From IMG/VR virus record IMGVR_UViG_3300031354_000004, positions 1 through 45,224 of that record: a stretch of 45,224 bases of DNA; one strand, 5' to 3'. The notes under the pieces were generated by a model, which had not been told where the DNA came from, did no database searches, and was given only the letters and a program-made list of their open reading frames with translations. A program made the translations under genes and the position numbers. Source of the stretch: a virus. Taxonomy: Duplodnaviria > Caudoviricetes. This document shows positions 36,899 to 44,084 of the stretch, piece after piece. Position 1 is the first letter of the stretch; the number at the start of each line of letters is the position of its first letter.

Positions 36899-36914
36899 TG
36901 GCACGGTATATGTA
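36899..36914 (+). promoter_or_regulatory. sigma54-type motif with perfect -24 and broken -12
   Basis: TGGCACGGTATATGTA (GT in place of GC). Confidence 0.35.
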
Positions 36915-36919
36915 TATGT

Positions 36920-36935
36920 TGCAATTTCCGTGCCA
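36920..36935 (-). promoter_or_regulatory. sigma54 promoter, consensus match, facing the late operon
   Basis: TGGCACGGAAATTGCA matches TGGCACG-N4-TTGCW. Confidence 0.75.
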
Positions 36936-37119
36936 CTTTTGGGCAAGATGGGAGAAATAAATGGCCTGATCCAATCGGGTCTCCGGTTCAAGGGCTCATG
37001 TGATCATGCCAGGGGTGCCCCTAGATCAAAAAATGTTTCAACATCGCAAATCATATTTGAATAAAAAAAAATATATAAGAACATATAGAAACCCCATACA
37101 TATCAAACATATGCATTTA

Positions 37120-37135
37120 TGCAAGTCCCATGCCA
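37120..37135 (-). promoter_or_regulatory. sigma54-type -24/-12 motif
   Basis: TGGCATGGGACTTGCA on the - strand. Confidence 0.6.
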
Positions 37136-37373
37136 TATTAGAAAAGTGAACATTTGGACACCCCAAAAACACGCTTTTTCACAAAAAACCCCATAATTTC
37201 AAACACCTACGCCCGGTGAACATATGGGACCCCCAGCATGAACACATGAGCCCTTGAACCAGGGAACCAAAGACCCAATGGTTCAAAATATGCATTCCAA
37301 GCAGGCCCGGCAGATTCTTCCCAAATGGGCATTTATTGCCGCCAAAACAGGCAAAATATGCCATTTCTCCCAT

Positions 37374-37389
37374 TGGCACACCTTATGCA
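37374..37389 (+). promoter_or_regulatory. sigma54-type -24/-12 motif
   Basis: TGGCACACCTTATGCA. Confidence 0.5.
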
Positions 37390-37463
37390 TTACCTTGGAA
37401 AAAACGCCCAAAAAACTCAAGCATTTCAACGCATTACGAAAAAATGTGTCCGTTTTTGTCCTT

Positions 37464-37479
37464 TGGCACCCACATTGCA
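37464..37479 (+). promoter_or_regulatory. sigma54 promoter facing the early operon (predicted +1 near 37490)
   Basis: TTGGCACCCACATTGCA; a 14-bp leader stem begins 7 nt after the predicted start. Confidence 0.7.
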
Positions 37480-37496
37480 ACATATATACATGACTC

Positions 37497-37589
37497 CAGA
37501 CGGGGATCACATCATACAAGACACCTTATCAAAATCATGCCGTGATCCCTGTCTGTATCTTGTTCATTGAAATGCAATCTTACGATTGC
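37497..37589 (+). promoter_or_regulatory. Early leader: long stem, boxA-like element and small hairpin (nut-like)
   Basis: CAGACGGGGATCAC(37497-37510)/GTGATCCCTGTCTG(37542-37555); TGTTCATTGAAA (37561-37572); GCAATC-TTAC-GATTGC (37574-37589). Confidence 0.5.
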
Positions 37590-37618
37590 CTATCTAATAT
37601 CTTTTTGGGAGAAAAATC

Positions 37619-38203
37619 ATGACTGAAGAAAGTACCCATCTTGCAACATATCCCGCGACGTCTTCGGATGTACCACGGGATGCAAGGACAGAAGATTGCT
37701 ACATCAAGATAGATGTATGCAAAGCATTCAAGTATCAGATCGACATGTCGGCCCAAAAACCAGACGTCTTTCACGCCTGGACCAAAGGCTCAGAATCCTT
37801 GCGAACCCTTGTGGATCATTCGATCCGGATCAAGGGAGCCGACGCACTTCGTGGCTATATGCAGGACGTTTTTGGCGAACCCAACAAAGCGATTCGTGAA
37901 AACTACACAGCCTACGCCGCGCAAATCGGATCCGATCCGGAAAAACTCTCGAAAGTCCGAGAGTACATGATTTCCTGGTGCTGGGAAGGCAAGGTAACAA
38001 AGCCAAAAACCCTGGAAGCCCAACTCGCCGAATGCATCGCAGCACAAGGAAAAATCGTACAAGCTGCAAAAGCTGGCAAGTACGTCACAGCCGACGACAA
38101 GAAGCAAGCCAAAGCCCAACTTACAGCTTTGGTTGACAAACGTGCCGCCCTGGAAACCCAACTCGCCGACCAAGAAACCGATCTGGACGAGCTTTTCGAC
38201 TAA
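37619..38203 (+). CDS. First early gene, hypothetical
   Basis: GGGAG RBS; 194 aa; C-ending codon bias differs from its neighbours. Confidence 0.8.
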   Translation: MTEESTHLATYPATSSDVPRDARTEDCYIKIDVCKAFKYQIDMSAQKPDVFHAWTKGSESLRTLVDHSIRIKGADALRGYMQDVFGEPNKAIRENYTAYAAQIGSDPEKLSKVREYMISWCWEGKVTKPKTLEAQLAECIAAQGKIVQAAKAGKYVTADDKKQAKAQLTALVDKRAALETQLADQETDLDELFD

Positions 38204-38277
38204 AACCTTTGGTTTTTCCCGCAACCTGCAAAGGCCTACACTGAAAGACGTGTGGGCTTTTCGCATTTATGCAGCTT

Positions 38278-38336
38278 AGCAAATCGTATGATTTCAAAGT
38301 CTCGCTCATACGATTTGTTTTGCTTCATAGAGACTT
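38278..38336 (+). promoter_or_regulatory. Hairpin/pseudoknot (may double as terminator)
   Basis: CAAATCGTATGA/TCATACGATTTG 12-bp stem then TTTT; loop AAGTCTC(38297-38303) complementary to GAGACTT(38330-38336). Confidence 0.55.
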
Positions 38337-38359
38337 AAGAAATATCTTTGGGAGACATC

Positions 38360-38656
38360 ATGAAAGCTCTTTTCATACATCATACGGCAGCCGGACGCGA
38401 AGCTGGCCTTTATGATAAGCCCTGGAGACTAATAGAACCTGACTTTGAAGTCAATGATGTATTTATTACTCGAGACGGGCAGTTAGGCTTATCTAAGACA
38501 AAGAATAGACTATGCCCGCCAAAAGATTTTACCTGTGTTATCACTACCAACAGCAAAGAGGAAATCTTAGCTATGTGGGATAAGAAAGCGCAACGTTTTT
38601 CTACTACTTGGGTTGGTGGCATAGATATCAAACACATCTGGAATAACTATCCTTAA
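38360..38656 (+). CDS. Hypothetical early protein
   Basis: ATG 38360 after TATCTTTGGGAGACA leader. Confidence 0.75.
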   Translation: MKALFIHHTAAGREAGLYDKPWRLIEPDFEVNDVFITRDGQLGLSKTKNRLCPPKDFTCVITTNSKEEILAMWDKKAQRFSTTWVGGIDIKHIWNNYP

Positions 38657-38677
38657 TTTATCTTTGGGAGACAAAAA

Positions 38678-38899
38678 ATGAAACTTCTTGCACAAGTCCT
38701 CAGGGAGGCCGCGGCGATCCGTGAAGCCTCCTTCGACGAAGAAAAAGGATCGTATAGACTACCTGATCCTGAGGCAGTAAAAGTATCCATCAAGCGTCTC
38801 GGATACGATGACCGCTATCTATTCCCAGCAACCTTGATGATTTATCACTGGAACGATTGCATGGCCTGGATTGATTCTGTCCTAGGAGAAAGAAAATGA
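38678..38899 (+). CDS. Hypothetical early protein
   Basis: Same TATCTTTGGGAGACA leader. Confidence 0.75.
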   Translation: MKLLAQVLREAAAIREASFDEEKGSYRLPDPEAVKVSIKRLGYDDRYLFPATLMIYHWNDCMAWIDSVLGERK

Positions 38900-39300
38900 C
38901 CGAACTCGAAGCATTAGAAAAGTCTGTAGTTTTATGGACAGTCTTAGTAGAGCGCTTATCAGCCTTGCAAACTACAGAGATAGAAGGGCTTGACGAACAC
39001 GATTTAACTCGCTTAAAAGAAACCATAGATCTAGGCATTCGGAATTGTGCCTGGCGTTGTTACCTATGCGAGTTTTTTACTGTCGCTTATGACTTCGATA
39101 GCGATCCTACAGACGTAAACTGTAATGCTTGCTGCATCTCCGCCGATTGTGGTGAGTGTAATATAGACGAAGACAATCAATTCACAGAACTAACTAAGTA
39201 TGGCAACTCAAGAATCAAAAAACTTCGTGCTGCGAATCGTATGCTTCGATCTATGAAAAAGCGGCGATCGGAGCTTCAAAAGCAGGAGACCCAAAAATGA
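38896..39300 (+). CDS. Cys-rich early protein, paralog type A
   Basis: ELEALEKS..LW...CYLC...C..CC....C..C...LRAANRMLR. Confidence 0.8.
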   Translation: MTELEALEKSVVLWTVLVERLSALQTTEIEGLDEHDLTRLKETIDLGIRNCAWRCYLCEFFTVAYDFDSDPTDVNCNACCISADCGECNIDEDNQFTELTKYGNSRIKKLRAANRMLRSMKKRRSELQKQETQK

Positions 39301-39455
39301 AACTACTCTTCGACCTTCGAGACTCTGAAGGAAACATCCTTCGTACGCGTCTCATACACTCAAAACTAGTCCGAAACTTAAACCTAATCGAAATGCTGGT
39401 GAAATCCAACACGCGATGGTACAAGGTTGACGTTGATAATCAAGTTGACGGCTAG
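39297..39455 (+). CDS. Small hypothetical protein (52 aa; not in ORF track)
   Basis: GGAG RBS; ATGA overlap; MKLLFDLRDSEGNILRTRL... Confidence 0.55.
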   Translation: MKLLFDLRDSEGNILRTRLIHSKLVRNLNLIEMLVKSNTRWYKVDVDNQVDG

Positions 39456-39484
39456 CCACTAATCCAATAAAGGAGGAAAATAAC

Positions 39485-39697
39485 ATGCCTACTGAAGAAA
39501 CCAGAAACACTAAAGAATGGAAAGATAGCCTGGACAAGGTACAAAAGTTCTTTGATAAAGTCGTAGAAGCTAATAAGTTATTTCATATCGAGGCAACCGA
39601 CTGTGATTACTATGAATTATTTGGCCGTCTTGAGGCACTTTCAGATAACCTAATAAGCGCTCGCGTAGCTCTAGGAAATCTAACAAAGACCCTATAA
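39485..39697 (+). CDS. Hypothetical protein
   Basis: AAGGAGG RBS. Confidence 0.75.
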   Translation: MPTEETRNTKEWKDSLDKVQKFFDKVVEANKLFHIEATDCDYYELFGRLEALSDNLISARVALGNLTKTL

Positions 39698-39726
39698 AAT
39701 CCCCAATGAGAGCTCTCTAAGGAGAC

Positions 39727-39775
39727 TCTCTCAGGTTGCACAAAAATTGTGCGGCCTGAGAGGCTTTTCTTTGTT
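39727..39775 (+). terminator. Intrinsic terminator-like hairpin with a competing upstream helix
   Basis: About 16-bp stem 39728-39743/39747-39762 followed by CTTTTCTTTGTT; TGAGAG(39707-39712) can pair with its 5' strand. Confidence 0.6.
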
Positions 39776-39819
39776 GCCTCTTTTTCGTAAAAACTTTTTC
39801 TTTGGGAGAAAAAAAAAAG

Positions 39820-40197
39820 ATGAAAAAACTTACAAGAACAAAAGCCGAGACCGTACAAGAGCATCGAAAGCTCTGGAAGCGGATTGCAAAAGACTCGCTT
39901 GCTGCGAAGCTGGAACTTAGCGGTGTGATAAATAACTGTTATTTTTGTCACTATACTGTGGAGCGTCGAGAAGGTCGGGTTATATTGGATAACGGTTGGC
40001 TATATTATCCAAGACGCATAGACTGCAAACGTTTCTGTCCCGGACTTTGGAAAGATGCTGCTGGTCGTATACTTAGCAAATGTGTATGTTTTGGCTCTTC
40101 ATATTATTTATGGGCCTTTTGCTCCTCGGATAAGGCAAAAGACTACGCTTTAGAAGTAGCAAACATTGAGATTCGAAGGGAGAAAAAAGATGACTAA
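39820..40197 (+). CDS. Cys-rich early protein, paralog type B
   Basis: HRKLWKRIA...NNCYFCHY...CKRFCPGLW...C...Y.LW...ANIEIR. Confidence 0.8.
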   Translation: MKKLTRTKAETVQEHRKLWKRIAKDSLAAKLELSGVINNCYFCHYTVERREGRVILDNGWLYYPRRIDCKRFCPGLWKDAAGRILSKCVCFGSSYYLWAFCSSDKAKDYALEVANIEIRREKKDD

Positions 40198-40408
40198 AAA
40201 ACACAAACATATAGATCTATCCACAAAGACTTGCGCGCATCGAGATTGTTCGAAGCGCCTGAAACAGCGTCTTGTGGAAAAAAAACCCACAGTGAGCCTT
40301 TGCTACCTGCACTATAGAGAGCAGGAAGCAGGACGAAGTCACTTCATCGATATGCAGCCGCGAAAGAAACGAATCAAGGCAGGGTTGCCTGTCAGGGATT
40401 ATGTATAA
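40190..40408 (+). CDS. Small basic Cys/His (Zn-binding) protein
   Basis: CAHRDC...CYLH; GGGAG RBS. Confidence 0.7.
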   Translation: MTKKHKHIDLSTKTCAHRDCSKRLKQRLVEKKPTVSLCYLHYREQEAGRSHFIDMQPRKKRIKAGLPVRDYV

Positions 40409-40417
40409 GGAGACAAA

Positions 40418-41122
40418 ATGACAGAAATAAGTAAGGAAGTCGAACTTGAAGCGTTGAATAGGTCTATTGCTCTTTGGACGCCCCTGATTACAGAACTCCA
40501 GGCAATGGACGAGGCTACTCTTAATGAGCTAGAGGAGTATGATATTCAAACAATTAAGGAGCTTATAGATCCTGAGGTAGCAATACGGATTTGGAACTGT
40601 TATTTATGCGCAATGTTTTGGAACGGTACTATTGGGGTAGATTGTGAGCGTTGTTGCGTGGGCATCGCCTGTGGGCCTTGTAAGGATGACGACTTTAACG
40701 AGTATAAGATACTGGTAAACCCAGCGAGCCTTCGTATAAAAAGACTCCGCGCCGCAAATCGAATACTACGAGCGATGAAAGCAAGAAGGAAGCAACTTCA
40801 ATCGGAGGTTGCCTTTCGATTGCATCAAAAGATGTGGCGAGAGCTTGCGGAGACTGGGCATGATAGAAAGCCTTGGTTGAAGGGCGTAAGGAACAATTGC
40901 TATCTCTGTCAGTATGTAGTAGACAAGGCTGGTAAGTTACAAGACGACATATGTCGTAAACACTGCCCTGCGATATGGCCGATTAAAAGTGAACGAACGT
41001 ATTGGGCGGCCCCTTGTGAAGAGTCATATTACGGTCTTTGGCGAGATAGTTGCTTTCCTGACGACAGGCAAAAACTAGCCAAAAAGATCGCAAACTTAGA
41101 ATATCGAAAGGAGGCGCGATGA
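40418..41122 (+). CDS. Cys-rich early protein, fusion of type A and type B domains
   Basis: N-half matches 38896..39300; C-half matches 39820..40197. Confidence 0.8.
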   Translation: MTEISKEVELEALNRSIALWTPLITELQAMDEATLNELEEYDIQTIKELIDPEVAIRIWNCYLCAMFWNGTIGVDCERCCVGIACGPCKDDDFNEYKILVNPASLRIKRLRAANRILRAMKARRKQLQSEVAFRLHQKMWRELAETGHDRKPWLKGVRNNCYLCQYVVDKAGKLQDDICRKHCPAIWPIKSERTYWAAPCEESYYGLWRDSCFPDDRQKLAKKIANLEYRKEAR

Positions 41123-41493
41123 AAAAGCTCACAAGGACAAAACGCGAAGCTATACGCAAACATAGGAAATACTGGAAAAGGATTGCGAATGAGACACCCT
41201 ACAGGCCTAAGCCCTCGTCATCTGACGTAATCAACGATTGCTATTTTTGCCATTATACTGTGGAACGCCAAGAAGGGAGAATCGTAGAGAAATCAGAATG
41301 GATTAAACCTCATTACAAGTCGTGTGTTAAATTTTGCCCCGGGCTCTGGAAAGACCCTGAGGGGTTGGTTCTTAACTCTTGCGAAGAACAAAGTTCCTTA
41401 TATTCTTTATGGTCGGCTAGCGTTAATCAGTTACTATCCACTCGTTATGCCTTGGCAATTGCGAACATAGAAATTAGAAAGGAGACACGATGA
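41119..41493 (+). CDS. Cys-rich early protein, paralog type B
   Basis: MKKLTRTK, CYFCHYTVER.EGR, FCPGLWKD, ANIEIR shared with 39820..40197. Confidence 0.8.
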   Translation: MKKLTRTKREAIRKHRKYWKRIANETPYRPKPSSSDVINDCYFCHYTVERQEGRIVEKSEWIKPHYKSCVKFCPGLWKDPEGLVLNSCEEQSSLYSLWSASVNQLLSTRYALAIANIEIRKETR

Positions 41494-41984
41494 ACCTATT
41501 CATATTTTGCCAAGACTTTCATGAATCGGCAGTCTATTTCTTTCAACGATCTCCAAAGAGGGCCCGAAAGCAAATTGTAAAAGCCACGCAGATGATCGCG
41601 ATCGCAGCAGACGTCTTCGATATGCCGCGGCTTATCAAATCAAACGGTGAGTTCTACAAAACGACTGCCCATAGATTGTATCCAATGTCTTTATGGGTTC
41701 GTAAATCCAAGGAGCACCTACTCTGGACGGTTCTATACACATTCGAACTCGGTCGTGTATATGAAAAGCTGTATAAAAAGAAACACGCTTGTATTATAAG
41801 CCTGACTAATTGGCTAAAAGCGAGTGGCCTTACGCCGTCCACGATGAGAAAATTCTCCGAGATAGAGCCTATTTTTCTAGGCGCCGAGGAATATTTGCAT
41901 CATCCTTTCAATGTCACGGCCGAAACGAGCATATATCGAAAGTATGCTCTCTATTTAGATAATAAACTCTACGCGGAGGCTTAA
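41490..41984 (+). CDS. Pyrimidine-dimer glycosylase/endonuclease V-like protein (divergent)
   Basis: MNLFI...KQIVKATQM...YKTTAH..P..LWVRKS....W......L...Y...Y.KKH. Confidence 0.7.
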   Translation: MNLFIFCQDFHESAVYFFQRSPKRARKQIVKATQMIAIAADVFDMPRLIKSNGEFYKTTAHRLYPMSLWVRKSKEHLLWTVLYTFELGRVYEKLYKKKHACIISLTNWLKASGLTPSTMRKFSEIEPIFLGAEEYLHHPFNVTAETSIYRKYALYLDNKLYAEA

Positions 41985-41985
41985 G

Positions 41986-42186
41986 ATGGAGAAGCTCGTT
42001 ATAGTTCTACTTGGCATTATCATTATGTTTCTTATTCAATGGGTAGTCTATCTTCTACGCCGCCTAAAGAAAGCTGACTATATGCGCTTAGAACTGAATC
42101 GAGAGCTTCGAAAGCGAGGTCATATCTCGGCATATGATTATGAGTTCCACAGACTTAACGAGGAAGAACACAAGAAAGATAACTAA
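41986..42186 (+). CDS. Small membrane protein
   Basis: GGAGG RBS; one N-terminal TM segment. Confidence 0.7.
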   Translation: MEKLVIVLLGIIIMFLIQWVVYLLRRLKKADYMRLELNRELRKRGHISAYDYEFHRLNEEEHKKDN

Positions 42187-42193
42187 GAACGAT

Positions 42194-42357
42194 GAGCACC
42201 TACACACCCGATACCTTCGGCCTTTTGATTCCTCGCCCTAGCCTTTCTAAAGGCCTAGTCGGGCGGTAGGTGCTCTTTTATTAGGTAATTGTAAGTAATC
42301 AGCACGCAGGACACTCCTCAAAATAGTGTCTTGTTTGGTGGTTATTTTCAAACTACC
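42194..42357 (+). ncRNA. Structured intergenic RNA candidate (two long stems)
   Basis: GAGCACCTAC/GTAGGTGCTC and CCCGA/TCGGG closing a multi-hairpin, then TTTTATT; second stem GCAGGACACT/AGTGTCTTGT extending to 42284-42357. Confidence 0.45.
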
Positions 42358-42387
42358 GATTCCTTAACCTCTCTATGGAGAAAACAA

Positions 42388-42621
42388 GTGGCAGAAAAAA
42401 CTAAACCCACGGAAGCAAAAAGTGCTCCTAAGAAAGAAGAAACACCTAACAGCTTAGTCTGGACGCTAAAATCCGAAAGCGACTCTCGTTTCGATCGCAC
42501 TGGCCTAGTAGCGAATCTAGAAGAAGCAGAAGCCGCAGCAAGGAGCTGGAAAGATGCTGTGAAGGCTACATTCGGAGCCAAGGCCCCCGCGGATATGGTC
42601 TTCGAGACAAGAAAATTATAA
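42388..42621 (+). CDS. Hypothetical protein
   Basis: GTG start after GGAG RBS. Confidence 0.7.
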   Translation: MAEKTKPTEAKSAPKKEETPNSLVWTLKSESDSRFDRTGLVANLEEAEAAARSWKDAVKATFGAKAPADMVFETRKL

Positions 42622-42688
42622 ACCTTTTGCACTTGGAGAGCACTCATGAATAACGTTGAATTAAGGTCTATTAAAAGAAGGAGAAAAA

Positions 42689-42964
42689 ATGTCAATAGTA
42701 ATTCGCCATAAAGAAACTGGCAGACGCGCACTTATAAAAGGCGCCTTTATAAATTTCACTCGGCCCGAATGTCCAAAGTATGCCTATTTTCGCATGCCCA
42801 AGAACACCCCAAAATACGTTCAGGCAGAACGTATGAACATTGTAAAGACCTGCCGTTCATTGCCCATTCAGATGTTTGGAAAGCGAAAGGGCCCATTTTT
42901 GAAACTCGCTCCCGTTCCTGGTTGGGAGATCGTTGATGCTTGGGAGGAAATCTATGTCTATTGA
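42689..42964 (+). CDS. Hypothetical basic protein
   Basis: AAGGAG RBS. Confidence 0.7.
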   Translation: MSIVIRHKETGRRALIKGAFINFTRPECPKYAYFRMPKNTPKYVQAERMNIVKTCRSLPIQMFGKRKGPFLKLAPVPGWEIVDAWEEIYVY

Positions 42965-43232
42965 AATAGAAAAGACCGTAACGGTCGATGTTGATCTAAG
43001 TGAATTCGACTCAGAAGAAGTCTGTACCTACGTGGCTGAAAATTGGGGTGTAGGAGATGTATATTCTAGGGATGATATTATAGATTTTTGCTGGTGTGAA
43101 CTTGAGTTAGAAGAGCTCTATAATACCGCACACGTACAAGACTATTGCATCGATCAGAAGCCAGAGGACATTTTCTCAGAAGCTGCCCTAGCAGATTGGG
43201 CTAATCGCCACGGTTGGAAAGGCCCGAACTAA
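42954..43232 (+). CDS. Small highly acidic protein with short internal repeats
   Basis: GGAGG RBS; LSEFDSEEV / VGDVYSRDDI / LEELYNTAHV / PEDIFSEAAL periodicity. Confidence 0.7.
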   Translation: MSIEIEKTVTVDVDLSEFDSEEVCTYVAENWGVGDVYSRDDIIDFCWCELELEELYNTAHVQDYCIDQKPEDIFSEAALADWANRHGWKGPN

Positions 43233-43257
43233 AAATCTTATCTTGGGAGAGGACAAA

Positions 43258-43881
43258 ATGAAAACAGTAGTATTTTGCCTGCCTATTATTGAACTGTCTT
43301 ATGGTTATGTGATAGGCATAGTACACCAAGAATCTTTAGCCTCATTAAAAGATTTTGGCTGGGAAATTCATCCAGAAGACCAAAAAAAGGCACCTAGCGA
43401 GATAGTTCGCATATTTAGGCCTATGCTTGAAGGAACTGAGCGCGCCTTTATATGTAGAGTGGATTCTATCAATATTGGCGATATGAGATATCGCGCTGAG
43501 CGTGAGTATGGCCTAGATTGGAAAATTCCATCTAATTATGATAGCCTATCAGTACAGCCAGACGTAAAACTAATCCACCTAAAAAACTGGTGGGTTCAGG
43601 CCGCAACAGGCTACCTAAAGCACCAAAAGGCACCTACCATGCTTTCTGGTATTGATGCCGACACTGATGAGCTCGTGTCGGTAGACATAAAATATCTATC
43701 TCGGATAAGCGGCAAGTATTTCTCTTATACCGGGCCGGCGATTGCCTCCGAAACAGGCCCTAAGACTGAGATCCTCCACATAATTCTCAAAGATATCCGC
43801 CCAGAATACGAAAAATGGATTCGTCGCTGGTCAGTAGAAACTTGGGATCCAGAAAACCCAATCAGATTGGAGACAAAATGA
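43258..43881 (+). CDS. Hypothetical protein
   Basis: TATCTTGGGAGAGG leader; 207 aa. Confidence 0.75.
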   Translation: MKTVVFCLPIIELSYGYVIGIVHQESLASLKDFGWEIHPEDQKKAPSEIVRIFRPMLEGTERAFICRVDSINIGDMRYRAEREYGLDWKIPSNYDSLSVQPDVKLIHLKNWWVQAATGYLKHQKAPTMLSGIDADTDELVSVDIKYLSRISGKYFSYTGPAIASETGPKTEILHIILKDIRPEYEKWIRRWSVETWDPENPIRLETK

Positions 43882-44084
43882 AAAGAACCTTACATAGCAA
43901 CTCTATTCGAGCGCATATGAGAAATCGCGCGAAGGGTGTAGTTTCCTTTATCGTTGAAGCTATCGAAAAGCTCGACACTGATGCCCTTTACCCAGAAGAA
44001 ATCATAGCCTTAGGGACTGTCTGCAAAATATCTTCTAGGTTGCGAAAGAACTGGAAAAAAGAGATTCCAAAGGAGAAAAAATGA
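43878..44084 (+). CDS. Hypothetical protein
   Basis: GGAGACAAAATG; ATGA overlaps. Confidence 0.7.
   Translation: MKRTLHSNSIRAHMRNRAKGVVSFIVEAIEKLDTDALYPEEIIALGTVCKISSRLRKNWKKEIPKEKK

Noticed and set aside
36459-37570. Short ORFs on both strands in the control region
   Set aside because: Mutually overlapping, low-complexity translations without RBSs; the region is better explained as regulatory
38896-41493. Diversity-generating retroelement template/variable repeats
   Set aside because: No reverse transcriptase; paralog differences are not adenine-specific and are largely synonymous
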